Shown here: piece after piece, positions 19,597 through 30,913 of the stretch
Numbering within the stretch: the first letter of the stretch is position 1
Layout: each line of letters starts with the position of its first letter
From: Candidatus Heimdallarchaeota archaeon
Lineage (GTDB): Archaea; Asgardarchaeota; Heimdallarchaeia; Hodarchaeales; Hodarchaeaceae
DNA: 64,000 nucleotides
NCBI GenBank assembly: GCA_011364965.1
Contig: RDOB01000003.1
Span: forward strand, 567,822-631,821
Reading direction: 5' to 3'
The notes under the pieces: model-generated
What the model was told of the DNA's origin: nothing
Seen by the model: the letters and a program-made list of their open reading frames with translations, nothing else
Databases searched by the model: none
Position numbers and translations under genes: made by a program

Positions 19597-21282
19597 TTAA
19601 AAATATTTATGTCCATTAATTTTCTTAATACTGATGAAAAGCATGATGCAAATCAACGCTAAATATAAAATAATAACAAAAATATCCTCTAAAATAATTG
19701 TTTGTTCGTAGAGTATTCTTATTCGGTCAATCCAGTAAAATGGGGTCAATGTAGAAAGAAATTGAATTTGATCAATTGTATATGCTATCATAAAAACCAA
19801 AAGAATTCCAAAATACGTCATTCCTGAAACTGCAACTGCTTTTCCAGGATTTTTTATGAAAGTGCAAAGCAGAACATTAAAATAGGTCATTGTAATAACA
19901 ATCAAAAATGTAAGGAATATTCCAACTCCTATAATTGGAATATAATCAATACCATACCCAGATGCAATGATACCGATGATATAACCAAGATAATTTAATA
20001 GGAATATCATAAATATTTCTAAAGTTATTGCAGCCAACCTTTGTTTCAAGATTTCCGAGTTTGGAATTGATTGTGCAAATAGTAAATCTAAAGTATTTGA
20101 TTTTTGATCTCTAATAATTATTTTTGAACCCAAAAATGCTGCCACTATTCCGGAATAAAGGAAAAACTCTCCGAATCCTTCAGTAGCAATATATCCAATG
20201 AATGAGATTGCTACACCATGATTACGTAAAATTGCACTCATCAAGACATCCATTGAACCGTAAGTTTTTGAAAGACCAATCCATGCTATGTCACCTGGAT
20301 ACATAAAAGGTGTAACAAGACCTGAAACTGTTAGTAATAAAGCAAATATGTAAATAAAGGGTTTATCAGATTGAATTTGTTCAACAAAACTTGGAAATCG
20401 ATGTTGAAATCTACCAATAAAAAAGAAAAGCAAAGGAATTCCTTTTTCTTTAGCCTTTTTTTCTTCAAATTTATGTGAATAGTGAGGAATAAGGTCTTTC
20501 CTATCATTAATTACTAATATTATTCCAAATAGTAAGATAGAGAAAATAATAAGGTAAACAGCCTTATCCCAAACAACTTGTTCAATGGAAGGTTTGAGAA
20601 TGGTTGCAGCACTGTCATAATAGTAAAATACCTGAAAATATTTTAAAAATTCTAGCTCTTCTGAAAATAAAACAAGAAGGCTAATTATGAATGACCCGAC
20701 AATTATTATACCAACGTACCGTTTAGCACGACCAGAATCTAGGAATAAAACAGCAAAAAAGATACTGAGTAGACTTATAAAGACAAGAAGGGTAAATAAT
20801 TGAATACATGATGCAAATAATATCTCAACGGAAATATTTTGTCCAATTACAAGTGATGAAAGATAAATAACAATAAACAAATAAAATATTGATCCAAAAG
20901 AGATTGCTAAAACAGCTAATATTTTTTCAAGTAAAACCTTTCTCCTAGCAATTGGATTTGACATCAACAAATCCAGGGTATTGTCATCATTATCCTTGGA
21001 AAAAACATTTGTACCCATAAGGACAGGTAATGCTGTGTAAAAAATCCCAACATAACTAAATAGTAACAAAGCTAGCCAGAATCGATATTCCCCTCCCTCT
21101 CCGTACGCTATTCCATATATGGCCTCCCAGTCACCCATATCCTCTAGACCAGTGATTTGTTCAACAGCTGCTGCATCTCCAGGATAAACCATAATAATTA
21201 ATGTTATAAATATAGAGGAGAAGAGTAAAAAGGCAAATATTAAACCTTTTTCTTGTTTTATATTATCCAGAAAAACTTTCAT
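19597..21282 (-). CDS. ABC-2 type exporter permease, duplicated domain
   Basis: Two TLDLL motifs and about 12 TM segments. Confidence 0.88.
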   Translation of the reverse strand: MKVFLDNIKQEKGLIFAFLLFSSIFITLIIMVYPGDAAAVEQITGLEDMGDWEAIYGIAYGEGGEYRFWLALLLFSYVGIFYTALPVLMGTNVFSKDNDDNTLDLLMSNPIARRKVLLEKILAVLAISFGSIFYLFIVIYLSSLVIGQNISVEILFASCIQLFTLLVFISLLSIFFAVLFLDSGRAKRYVGIIIVGSFIISLLVLFSEELEFLKYFQVFYYYDSAATILKPSIEQVVWDKAVYLIIFSILLFGIILVINDRKDLIPHYSHKFEEKKAKEKGIPLLFFFIGRFQHRFPSFVEQIQSDKPFIYIFALLLTVSGLVTPFMYPGDIAWIGLSKTYGSMDVLMSAILRNHGVAISFIGYIATEGFGEFFLYSGIVAAFLGSKIIIRDQKSNTLDLLFAQSIPNSEILKQRLAAITLEIFMIFLLNYLGYIIGIIASGYGIDYIPIIGVGIFLTFLIVITMTYFNVLLCTFIKNPGKAVAVSGMTYFGILLVFMIAYTIDQIQFLSTLTPFYWIDRIRILYEQTIILEDIFVIILYLALICIMLFISIKKINGHKYF

Positions 21283-22200
21283 TTAATTCACCCCAGAATT
21301 TCTCTTAAGATCATAAAAATGCATAAAATAGTCTTCGAGAGACGGTTCAGGTGCATAAAATTTTTCTATTGGATACTTTGAAATTTTGTCAAGAAAACTG
21401 TTAAAATCTCCCTTTATTATCAGAATTAATTCATTTTTTTCGTGTGATAATACTGTTATATCAGAATCTTGAAGTAAAGAAGGATCAACATCTGATTTAA
21501 AATCAATATGAACCTTCTGGACTACCTGTTGATCAAGTTTTGCTACATCCATAGTTGAAATGATTTCACCATCACGAATTATTGACACTATATTAGCAAT
21601 TTTTTGGATTTCTCCAAGATAATGGCTAGAGATAAAGAAAGTTTTTCCTTTTTTTACTTCTTCAGCTATTAAATCATATAAAACCTGTTGCATTAGAGGA
21701 TCCAATCCACTTGAAGGTTCATCAAAAATATAAAACTCAGGATCGTGCATAAACGCTTGTACTATGGCAACTTTTTGCCTATTACCCCTACTTAACATTT
21801 TAGTGTTTTTAGTAACATCCAAATCAAATAATTCTATCATTTCTTCCATTCGCGATGAGGGTTGAGTTGGTCTTAGAGAAGCAAAATAATCAAGCATTTG
21901 TTTGACAGTCAAATGGCCATATAAAGCTACATCACCAGGAATATAACCAATTTTTTCATGAATCTGAACATTCGATCGATTAACAGGAATTCCAAATAGT
22001 TTCACCTCCCCACTGGATGGTTTGAGAATGCTAAGTATTATTCTAATAGTTGTAGTTTTTCCAGCGCCATTAGGCCCAAGAAAGCCATAAACTGTTCCTG
22101 TTTTAACAGCAATATTTACATTCTGTACAGCAAGGAATTTTCCATAATATTTAGTGAGATTTTTGATTTCAAGCACCATTTGTTCAGTCATTTGAACCAA
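21283..22200 (-). CDS. ABC transporter ATP-binding protein
   Basis: GPNGAGKTT, LSRGN, FDEP, SSH. Confidence 0.95.
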   Translation of the reverse strand: MVQMTEQMVLEIKNLTKYYGKFLAVQNVNIAVKTGTVYGFLGPNGAGKTTTIRIILSILKPSSGEVKLFGIPVNRSNVQIHEKIGYIPGDVALYGHLTVKQMLDYFASLRPTQPSSRMEEMIELFDLDVTKNTKMLSRGNRQKVAIVQAFMHDPEFYIFDEPSSGLDPLMQQVLYDLIAEEVKKGKTFFISSHYLGEIQKIANIVSIIRDGEIISTMDVAKLDQQVVQKVHIDFKSDVDPSLLQDSDITVLSHEKNELILIIKGDFNSFLDKISKYPIEKFYAPEPSLEDYFMHFYDLKRNSGVN

Positions 22201-22631
22201 CTTCTAACCATGCATCAATATTTAGTGTGATTATGAATCGTCAGATTAATGATTTGACAATATATAAAGCTATATATAATTCACACTTGAAAACATCTGA
22301 TAGATAACTCAATTTTTTTTTATGATAATAGACATCTAATTAAAACAAGAATGATGATTATAGAGGTACTTCCAATAATAGGATCGAGGAGTGGTGTTAG
22401 TTTGGAATTACTCCTGAAGAATAATAATTCGGAAAATATCGATCAAACCATTCAAGTAGAGTTTTATATGATTCCTGCTCTTCAGGATAATGTATTAGCT
22501 GGAAATGGCTTGTTTGAAGTATATTACGGTATATACTGAATTGTAAGGGGTTAAAAGAGAATTTTTGACATTTTAAGAATAGTTCTACCATAAGTAAAGC
22601 ATTAATACTTTTTTTACTGAAATTTCTCTTC

Positions 22632-23279
22632 TTAAATTCCAGATTTTGCTTTCCAATACTTCTTAGCTTCAGCTATTAAAATGTCATACACCCTAACAAA
22701 TACAGGAGCAAAAAGAAATAGTGATAGGATAGTAATAGAGAAATAGGGGACAAAATTATAAAGAAGGGTACCATCAAAACTCTGGTTAGCAACTACCATC
22801 AAACTAACGAGGTATAACATAGTCATGAGAAAATACCCAATCAGAGTAAAAAGCATCATCTTTCCAAGATTTTTTCCGTTGGCAAACCCTTCATTTTTAG
22901 CATAGCGGGGAATACCTACAATAAATCCAAGCATTCCGAAGGATAAACCTACCATACCCATTGCGACAATTTGTTGGGTGAATAGAATTTCACTTCCTAG
23001 ATGGCCAATGAAACCTACCAATAGACCAGCTAGAGGGCCATAAAATGAAGCTACTAGAATTATAACTACGAGGCCGAGATATAAGCCTCCCGTAATCGGT
23101 ATAACAGTAATACCTAAATCCAATCCGAAAAAAGTATAAGATGGAAGAGTTACTGGAGAAACGAATATATAAATTATAGAACCTAAAATAATTCCGCTTA
23201 AGGTCCATTTAGCTTCATTAGCTGATTCTAGTCGCAGAAAACTAAGTAAGGAGTTCCTAAAATTCGAATGTTCTACCAT
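22632..23279 (-). CDS. ECF transporter S-component-like membrane protein
   Basis: ASFYGPLAGLLVGFIGH motif; about 6 TM helices. Confidence 0.7.
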   Translation of the reverse strand: MVEHSNFRNSLLSFLRLESANEAKWTLSGIILGSIIYIFVSPVTLPSYTFFGLDLGITVIPITGGLYLGLVVIILVASFYGPLAGLLVGFIGHLGSEILFTQQIVAMGMVGLSFGMLGFIVGIPRYAKNEGFANGKNLGKMMLFTLIGYFLMTMLYLVSLMVVANQSFDGTLLYNFVPYFSITILSLFLFAPVFVRVYDILIAEAKKYWKAKSGI

Positions 23280-23290
23280 TCTTATTCACC

Positions 23291-24928
23291 TCAAAGTATC
23301 ACAAAAGAATACGTTCCTGGAGAGAGCGTTAAAATCATTTGACCTCCATTTTGAGCCCAATCCTCGTATACACCAGATTTTAGATAAACACCCTGAACAT
23401 CAGGAAATTGATCAAAAGTTATCGCTGTTTGTTCATTAACTTCAACTGAGAGAATAAATGCTTCTTTAGTTTCATCATAATATGCCTGATATATGAATAA
23501 TCCTTCTGTTGTACTCTCAGCGGAGATATACGGAAATGAGGTATAAAATGAATCACTTTTCACATCCATAAGATCTGATAATGTTGAATCAGCATGACCC
23601 CATGCCCAAGCAAATTGCAATATTGGATCCATAAACGGCCCTATCTCACCTAAAGCACTTGTGTCAAATCTATATCTGTATCCATCCCATTCTCCTGGGT
23701 ATGGCCCATAAAACCAATTTTCTAATTTTCGAAAGAGGTTAGAATCCCCCATTTCTCGAGCACCTAAATAAGAAAATAAGTTCCCAATCAAATCCATCTC
23801 AGTAAATGAACTAGGATTATGATACGAATGTGGTGCATATGCCTGATCGTTAGGAGAATAATGGATAAAATTTGTCTTCCAGTTTCTATAATAGGTTTCT
23901 GCAATATCTGTTTTTCCAAACCCTTGATAAAAAGCAATTGCCCAAGAAGATCCATAGTTAGCCACGCCTGGTACGCCTTCAGATGCAAGAACTGGTTCTA
24001 ATGCGGGGCCAGGAATTTCTCCTAAGACTTCAAATTGATGTAGTGCGGTATAGGGTTCTGAAATATAATAACCGTCAATTTGTATTCCATTGTCGTCTGT
24101 CATATATTCCTGCCACCAATCAATACCAGGTTCAATTGATTGCGCGTAATTAGAATTGTGGAGTTTATCATAGAGAGTTATAGCGTAAAAAGGAATACTA
24201 TTACATTGAACAAAGACAATATATGGTTCACACGGGATCAAACCTGTTCTCCATAATCCAAGAGGACGACCTTGATTATCAATAGAACTTTTATTATCCC
24301 AGGTTGTAGTAGCTGTAAGAGAGTTATTCCAATCATCTATAAACCATTTAATTTCATCATTGTAAGTAGATTCGCGAAAAACATTATAGTAGAGAAGCTC
24401 CATAAGCGTATAATGTCCAGTCCACATGATATTAGTCGGTCCGCGAAAATCGTTACCTAGGGATTCGTATCGCTCATCAGCAAATCCAGGTAATATCCAT
24501 TCAAATTCTTCCATAGCAGAAGAATTCATCATTAAGATTAACTTTTGAAATAGGTTTTTATAATAATCTGTTCTGTAATTAGGAGTGCTATCAACAATTT
24601 GAGCCATTCCATAAGTAGTAAAAGCAATAAAATATTGCGTAAGGACATCTGGGAGGATACTCAAGTCATTGATACTATTATTTGAAAAATCATCCACCGA
24701 GTATAATTCTCGTAAAGAGTTCCATAGACCAATAACTCTCCGATCTAGATATGGGTACTCACTTAAATCGAAAGTTCCTTCATCGGGAACAATTATTATC
24801 CCAAAATTTGGAGTAGAAGGATTCGTAGGATTAAGGACAATAGTTAAACCCGAAATAATAATTCCGAGAATCAATAATGATGTAAAAAGCTTTGATCGAA
24901 CAAAAAAATTTCTAATGGATGCACTCAT
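23291..24928 (-). CDS. Linalool dehydratase/isomerase (LinD)-like protein, exported or membrane-anchored
   Basis: AFTTYGMA, NIMWTGH, CEPYIVFVQCNS, YDKLH, AREMGD match LinD motifs; N-terminal hydrophobic helix. Confidence 0.82.
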   Translation of the reverse strand: MSASIRNFFVRSKLFTSLLILGIIISGLTIVLNPTNPSTPNFGIIIVPDEGTFDLSEYPYLDRRVIGLWNSLRELYSVDDFSNNSINDLSILPDVLTQYFIAFTTYGMAQIVDSTPNYRTDYYKNLFQKLILMMNSSAMEEFEWILPGFADERYESLGNDFRGPTNIMWTGHYTLMELLYYNVFRESTYNDEIKWFIDDWNNSLTATTTWDNKSSIDNQGRPLGLWRTGLIPCEPYIVFVQCNSIPFYAITLYDKLHNSNYAQSIEPGIDWWQEYMTDDNGIQIDGYYISEPYTALHQFEVLGEIPGPALEPVLASEGVPGVANYGSSWAIAFYQGFGKTDIAETYYRNWKTNFIHYSPNDQAYAPHSYHNPSSFTEMDLIGNLFSYLGAREMGDSNLFRKLENWFYGPYPGEWDGYRYRFDTSALGEIGPFMDPILQFAWAWGHADSTLSDLMDVKSDSFYTSFPYISAESTTEGLFIYQAYYDETKEAFILSVEVNEQTAITFDQFPDVQGVYLKSGVYEDWAQNGGQMILTLSPGTYSFVIL

Positions 24929-25590
24929 ACTTAGGATTCACCTTTCAGATAAAACTTCTAATATAACGATTTGGCAAATTTAAATTCAGTTTCAGATTTT
25001 AGGCAAACTTGGGCTTTTTTGTGTCTATTTATCAATTTTTCTAGACTAATGACTCCTACCCCTGGATGGACAGTAAGGTGGAAAGGAGTAATTATATAAA
25101 CCACGAATTTATAAAAATGAAATTAACAGAAAGAATAGACCTTTTAATGTTCTAGTCAAAAATGATTAATACAAAAAAACCGAAGGAAAGCATCTGATCC
25201 ATTAGGATCTGTTTTTTAATCTCCAGTGCTCTGTTCCTATAAAAACTACATCCATTCATCAGATCCTCATGAACAATAACCGAATGATTGATTTTGTTAA
25301 TACAAATACAGGGATAAGTATTAGCGCAGAAAATTATATTCTTATCACTCAAGATAGAGGTTCTAGCTGGATCATTAATAAATCAAGTTTTATTATTATG
25401 CAAGTGAAAAACCATGATTCTAGCACTGAAAGCAATTCATGATTAGGAACAATAAATTTAATACATTCACTAGGATATAGTCACATAAGCTTAGAATGAC
25501 AGAATTTCTATAAGAATCCCAAAATAGCACAGAACCTTAAAAACTAGAAGAGTTCTTGAATGAAATAATTCTATTTATAGATTGGTATAA

Positions 25591-26370
25591 ATGTCTCAAA
25601 TAACAGGATTTAACTTATTAAAGGAGAAAGTTCCAGAATTTAGGAACCCTTTGAAAATGGGTTTCATTATCACTCTCTCAATACTAGTATTTTGCTCTAT
25701 TCTGATTTTGTTCTGGTTGTTTGACAGTTTAGGGTGGTATGGGACTATAATAAGTCAATTAATCCTAGTAATTATCACTATTATCTTTTTTTACGGGTTT
25801 GCAGTAAAAGCAAAGACTTATCGAGAGAAATATGAGGTGTTAGCATATCGATACTTCTTTTTCCATTATGTAATTCCAGTGCTTATCACTGGAAATGCCT
25901 GCATATTCCATACTCTGTTAATAGAAGGCCCTTTTTTACTACATTCTTGGATTGCTCTTATTGCAGGGATATTTTTCATTCTAATGCGGTTTTTAATAGA
26001 GTGGCATCTACGTAAAGCAGGTTTTGATGAAATAGGTCATGGATTAGGAATCTATATGATATTCCCAGAGGAGGGATCATCTGTCACTTCAGATATCTAT
26101 TCGTACATTCGACATCCAATGTATACTGGAGACATGTGTCTCGCTATAGGATTAGCTCTATTAAAAAATAATCTGTTGGCTATCATTATTGCATTAATGT
26201 CTTTTATTCCTTTCATTGTTGGGGCAATGATGGAGGATAGGGAGTTAATTAGAAGACTCGGAGAACTGCATCGTCAGTATATCAATGAAACTCCATCTTT
26301 TTTTCCGTATCCTAGAAATATCAGGAAATTAATTTGCTTTTTATTTTCCATTACAAACTCTCAGAGATAA
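25591..26370 (+). CDS. ICMT/PEMT-family membrane methyltransferase
   Basis: IYSYIRHPMY, EDRELI, Y...TPSFFP. Confidence 0.82.
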   Translation: MSQITGFNLLKEKVPEFRNPLKMGFIITLSILVFCSILILFWLFDSLGWYGTIISQLILVIITIIFFYGFAVKAKTYREKYEVLAYRYFFFHYVIPVLITGNACIFHTLLIEGPFLLHSWIALIAGIFFILMRFLIEWHLRKAGFDEIGHGLGIYMIFPEEGSSVTSDIYSYIRHPMYTGDMCLAIGLALLKNNLLAIIIALMSFIPFIVGAMMEDRELIRRLGELHRQYINETPSFFPYPRNIRKLICFLFSITNSQR

Positions 26371-26622
26371 TGTTAATATTCAATAAAAATTAAAGAACAG
26401 TTCGGAAAATACGTGGGCCACAAATATCCTTTTGATCAAATCGTTTCAAGAATGCAAGAATTGATGAATAAATTAGAAAAAAAACAGGAACCAGGCCAAT
26501 GAGTAAGGCACATGTGAAAAAACAGGGGGGTTCTCCAGTTTAAGGACTGAAGTTGGTCCATATTTTCTATAGACAATTGTATTCATTTTTTCGTGATTTA
26601 TTTGATCAACACCTATAATTTT

Positions 26623-27669
26623 TCATTCAATACTAATTACTACTCGACCTTTAGCATGTCCAGTTTCATAATGTTTATGCGCTTCGGCTGTTTGACTGAG
26701 AGGATAAATAGTATCGATTACTGGCTTGATTTTACCAGCTTCAACCCATTCTCTAAGTGTTTCCATGTTATCGGAACCTTCATTAGCAGTACCACTGAGT
26801 AATTTCTTCTTTCTAAAACCATTGGTCATCATATACCAAATTGTTTTTGGACTATTTACAGGGTTATTGGAAATAAAGACACCATCGTCAGTTAGAATAT
26901 TCTTGCACCTAGAGGGAGTATTTGCACCAATAGCATCAAAAATGATAGGGAATTTCTGATCAATTTTGGTATAGTCTGTATCGCGATAATTGATTGCATG
27001 ATCAGCGCCAATCTCTTTTACCATTTCTATATTGGTGGGACCACAAACAGCTGTAATTTCAGCTCCATAAACATTTTTAGCTATTTGGATACCAAAAGTA
27101 CCAACTCCTCCACTCGCCCCGATTATGAGAACTTTCTGACCTTTTTGGGGTTGTCTTAAATCTCTAAACGCTAATAAAGCTGGTGTGGCTCCTCCAACTA
27201 CAGCAGCTGCCTCTTGAAAGGTTAAATTGCTAGGTTTTTTAGCTATAATAGACGAGGGAACAGTTAAATATTGAGCTAATGCTCCAAAATTTTCAGAATA
27301 GCCATACACTGCATCACCAACCTTCCAATCAGAAACTTTTTTTCCAACGGAAACAATTTCACCCGAAAAACCTGATCCAGGGACTTTAGATTTAGGTTTT
27401 GTTAGACCAAAATAGGCTAGTCTTAACATGGGACCCATAAGCTGTCTAAGCCCCCAAAACAATGCTTTTGGAGCTTTACCACTTCTAGCCATAATATCAC
27501 CAGTATTTATTGATGACCCATAATTTCGTATTAAAACCTCATCATCTTTGGGTTCAGGAATATCTATTTCTTGTAATTCAAGAACTTGATCTGCGGAGCC
27601 ATACTTTTCACATATTATTGCTTTCATTTTCTTTTTTTCAGCATTTAGATTATTCATTTGTTTCACCAA
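26623..27669 (-). CDS. MDR-family NAD(P)-dependent oxidoreductase
   Basis: GASGGVG, PVIDTIY, HAKGRVVI. Confidence 0.9.
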   Translation of the reverse strand: MVKQMNNLNAEKKKMKAIICEKYGSADQVLELQEIDIPEPKDDEVLIRNYGSSINTGDIMARSGKAPKALFWGLRQLMGPMLRLAYFGLTKPKSKVPGSGFSGEIVSVGKKVSDWKVGDAVYGYSENFGALAQYLTVPSSIIAKKPSNLTFQEAAAVVGGATPALLAFRDLRQPQKGQKVLIIGASGGVGTFGIQIAKNVYGAEITAVCGPTNIEMVKEIGADHAINYRDTDYTKIDQKFPIIFDAIGANTPSRCKNILTDDGVFISNNPVNSPKTIWYMMTNGFRKKKLLSGTANEGSDNMETLREWVEAGKIKPVIDTIYPLSQTAEAHKHYETGHAKGRVVISIE

Positions 27670-27680
27670 TTATGTATCGA

Positions 27681-28469
27681 TTATTTAGTTTTTCTTACAA
27701 GAAACCGAAATCCATCAGATCCAAGATCCTCTGAAAGCAAAAGCTCATTTCCAGAAACATGAATCCAAGCAGGGATATCATGCTGACTTCCTTGATCAGT
27801 CGTAAGAATTTCCATTACTTGACCGATTTCTAAATTCTTTATTGATTTCCTAGAATTCAAGATAGGTTCGGGACATTTTAACCCTCTTGCATCTTCGGTA
27901 TGATGTATTTCGCCACTAAATCGCACATCTAAAAACTCATACTTATGAACTTCAGATTCATCATATTCAAGAGTGGTTTCAGAATCCTTTAGTGTCATTG
28001 TTGGATATCCGCTTTCAGTCCATTTATCCATTCCCCCTTTCAAGCTTTTAACATCTGCAAAGCCTCCTTCTACCAATATGTCTACAGCTACAAGGCTTAA
28101 ACCCCCTCCTGGACAGACAGTAACTATTGCTTTTTCTTTAAAAGGTTCCAGAACTTCAAAATTCTCTTTAAGCTTCATTACTGGGATTAATATGGCATTT
28201 GGAATATGCCCATCAGCATATTCTTTGGGGGTTCGAACATCAATAATAAGAGGAGGAGAATCAGAGTTATAACATTCAAATAACTCAGTTACAGAAATTT
28301 CTGACCATTCTGATCTCCCATAAAAAAACATCATCTTGAATGTTTTTCTCCAATATCGAAACATATTTTTTACATAATATCCCATTACTGACATATTCTT
28401 TCCATATTTTTCTTCCATGTTCTTTTTCAATCTTTCAGAATTATGAATACTGTTTGTCATGTGTATCAC
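27681..28469 (-). CDS. Rhodanese domain fused to a TusA/SirA-like sulfur carrier
   Basis: IDVRT..EY..GHIP, CPGGG loop, LKGG...W; C-terminal DARGLKCPEP. Confidence 0.85.
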   Translation of the reverse strand: MIHMTNSIHNSERLKKNMEEKYGKNMSVMGYYVKNMFRYWRKTFKMMFFYGRSEWSEISVTELFECYNSDSPPLIIDVRTPKEYADGHIPNAILIPVMKLKENFEVLEPFKEKAIVTVCPGGGLSLVAVDILVEGGFADVKSLKGGMDKWTESGYPTMTLKDSETTLEYDESEVHKYEFLDVRFSGEIHHTEDARGLKCPEPILNSRKSIKNLEIGQVMEILTTDQGSQHDIPAWIHVSGNELLLSEDLGSDGFRFLVRKTK

Positions 28470-28559
28470 CGTTTGTGCTCACTATTTTGGCATTACCTGA
28501 TAATAATGGCGACTCATCTCGGAGAGATCATGAATTTTTTTTTGAAAATATCAGAAGTA

Positions 28560-28906
28560 ATTTCTTTTCTTGATCCATAGTTTAATTCGGGAAATATTGC
28601 TGTTAGTACCATCATAATAATAGTGGAGATTACTCATTATCTTTTTAAAAGATTGGGTTCTATAGAGGGATTTGAAAAAAGTAATATTTTTCAATTAGCT
28701 CAATTTGAAACATTGGAGTTCACTTCACGAGACTTGGATGAATCACTAGCCCCTATAAGACGAGTATCGTACTTGGGATTGGGAGGACGTGACGTAACAA
28801 TATTAATCTGTAGGAAAAAAGCTGGGATTACACATTTGGTGACTCATGACCAAGTTTTTTAAACGAATAAAAGACATAGAAGTAATTGATCCAGTAGTTA
28901 TTTAGA
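28560..28906 (+). pseudogene. 5'-truncated decayed copy of the vapC at 40528-40938
   Basis: DNA nearly collinear with about 40600-40938; contains stops and a frameshift. Confidence 0.9.
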
Positions 28907-29036
28907 TTTTTTCCATAACCTCTACTATTAGGTGCAATAATCCTGTTATCTTAGAGAAATTTGTAGTAGAGAGAAGTAAGCGCGAATTTTTTCAGATAGT
29001 ATGGTTTTTTCAGGCATTAGATTTAGTAGTAACAAT

Positions 29037-30746
29037 CTATTCCTTAAAGGGAATGAAATCTTCAAGCATAGTCAATATCTGCCCTCGCTCAGGATCTTCG
29101 AACTCTGAATTAACAAGGTCTAGAACATCTTGGATTGTGATCATTTCACTAGAGTATGACAATCTTAAATCGTTGAAATCTGCATCAAGGATAAGAATCT
29201 TGTCTTTACCTTCAGTGTTGTTCCAAACAGGCCAATGTGGTAAATTACTATTATTAGGATTCCCAGTTCTCGCAAAATTTGCCAGATATTTCATGCATAA
29301 AGCTTTCAATTTTTCACGACCGATCCTGTTATTCTCTATGTGAGTCTTTCCTATCAAGAGGGCAAAATCTGATCCAGTTGTGCCCAAGAAAAAGGGTATC
29401 TCAGCGCCATGGTGAGCTCCTAGCTCCTGCCCTTTATTTTTCGGGAGAACACTGAGCTCTTGATCATCAGGGCTTCCCCAATCAAACCTGTATACATAAA
29501 CAGGCACGCTACTATTTGAGGTCATATCGTGAGCTGGTTGATTAACGCCATTGGCACACCATAACATGGAATGATAATGCCAAACCTTGGAGCTCAGAGG
29601 AAGATCTTTGATGAAATAGCTAAAGAGGTTCATTTCATCCTTTGTGCAGCCAATTAATACTGGAACCTTGTTTGTCCATTCCCCAGATGAAAAAATCTTA
29701 TACCCAGCTGCAGGGATAACTGTCCCATCAGCAATAATAGAACGCCATTGTGCCATTCCCAAAACAATAGTAGGAATATTCTTTATAATAGTAAAGGCGG
29801 ATTTCGAACGTAGATATGTATTAATCTCGTTATCGTGCATTTCACTGATGTGCTTTATAGCCTCCTCTTCATTCGCAACTTTTCGATCTTTGATAAGTAA
29901 GGCGACCAGAAGGCGTTCAGTCTGAGCTTTGGCTTCCTCATTAGTGCATACTGATGTTAGACCACTTTCAACAATAGCACGATGGAAGAGGCTCTGTGCA
30001 GAGGGAGATATCAAGAGTGAAAGTACATTGAACGCTCCCCCGGACTCACCCGCAATTGTAACATTATTTGGGTTACCTCCAAAAGCTTTGATGTTATCCC
30101 TAACCCATTGTAAGGATTTAATCAGATCTAGGGTCCCATAATTCCCACTTTGGTCTTCGGGAGAACCAGAACCAGTCACAGCAGGATGTTGGAACCAACC
30201 CATAGCACCGAGTCTATAGTTGACAGAGATGTAAAGTAAGTTCGATTGTTCAGCAACGGTATTACCAAAGTAGCTTGGCGTATTTGAAGACCCAATGGAA
30301 TTACCTCCCCCATGAATGTACAAATACACAGGTAGGTCAGTTTCCGAGCTCTTAGGACGCCATATATTGAGGTAAAGACAATCTTCTGAACCTGTTGAAC
30401 CCATGATAGGCATAACTTGTGCAGCAGAATTCCCGAATTTCGTGGATTTGCGAGTTCCTAGCCAGGGGATAGGATCAAGTGGGGCTTTCCATCTTAAGTC
30501 TCCTACTGGAGGGGTACCATAGGGAATTCCTTTCCAAGACCAGGTACCTTTGTCTGAAAATCCAAGAACCACTCCATATTTCGTATGAACAGCAGCTTCA
30601 TTAGTCCAATTGCCTAGCTCATAAGTACTGTTAGAAGGTTTTGGCGCGAAATGACGTTTTAGTGGTTGAGAAATAGCTCTATCCAGAGAATTCTTTAATC
30701 TGAAGAATGGCGAAAGGAGTGAAGCATATTTCATTATTTGAGGCAC
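29037..30746 (-). CDS. Type B carboxylesterase/lipase
   Basis: GIPY, SEDCLYLN, HGGG, GESGG, catalytic Glu (KDE) and His (GAHHGAEI). Confidence 0.93.
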   Translation of the reverse strand: MPQIMKYASLLSPFFRLKNSLDRAISQPLKRHFAPKPSNSTYELGNWTNEAAVHTKYGVVLGFSDKGTWSWKGIPYGTPPVGDLRWKAPLDPIPWLGTRKSTKFGNSAAQVMPIMGSTGSEDCLYLNIWRPKSSETDLPVYLYIHGGGNSIGSSNTPSYFGNTVAEQSNLLYISVNYRLGAMGWFQHPAVTGSGSPEDQSGNYGTLDLIKSLQWVRDNIKAFGGNPNNVTIAGESGGAFNVLSLLISPSAQSLFHRAIVESGLTSVCTNEEAKAQTERLLVALLIKDRKVANEEEAIKHISEMHDNEINTYLRSKSAFTIIKNIPTIVLGMAQWRSIIADGTVIPAAGYKIFSSGEWTNKVPVLIGCTKDEMNLFSYFIKDLPLSSKVWHYHSMLWCANGVNQPAHDMTSNSSVPVYVYRFDWGSPDDQELSVLPKNKGQELGAHHGAEIPFFLGTTGSDFALLIGKTHIENNRIGREKLKALCMKYLANFARTGNPNNSNLPHWPVWNNTEGKDKILILDADFNDLRLSYSSEMITIQDVLDLVNSEFEDPERGQILTMLEDFIPFKE

Positions 30747-30854
30747 GGTGACTCACCATGAATAGTTCAAACTCTTCCCTATTTTTGTGTGTCTATTAAG
30801 TATTAATAATATTAATAAAGAGCACTCCCAAATCATATTTCTTTGGTTACTATT

Positions 30855-30883
30855 TTCGTTGGCAATACCTACGAACCTCCGTA
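30855..30883 (+). repeat. Cassette-boundary site, type A
   Basis: TTCGTTGGCAA-TACCTAC-GAACCTCCGTA. Confidence 0.85.
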
Positions 30884-30913
30884 TATCAAAAAAATGAACT
30901 TCAAATACCCAAT

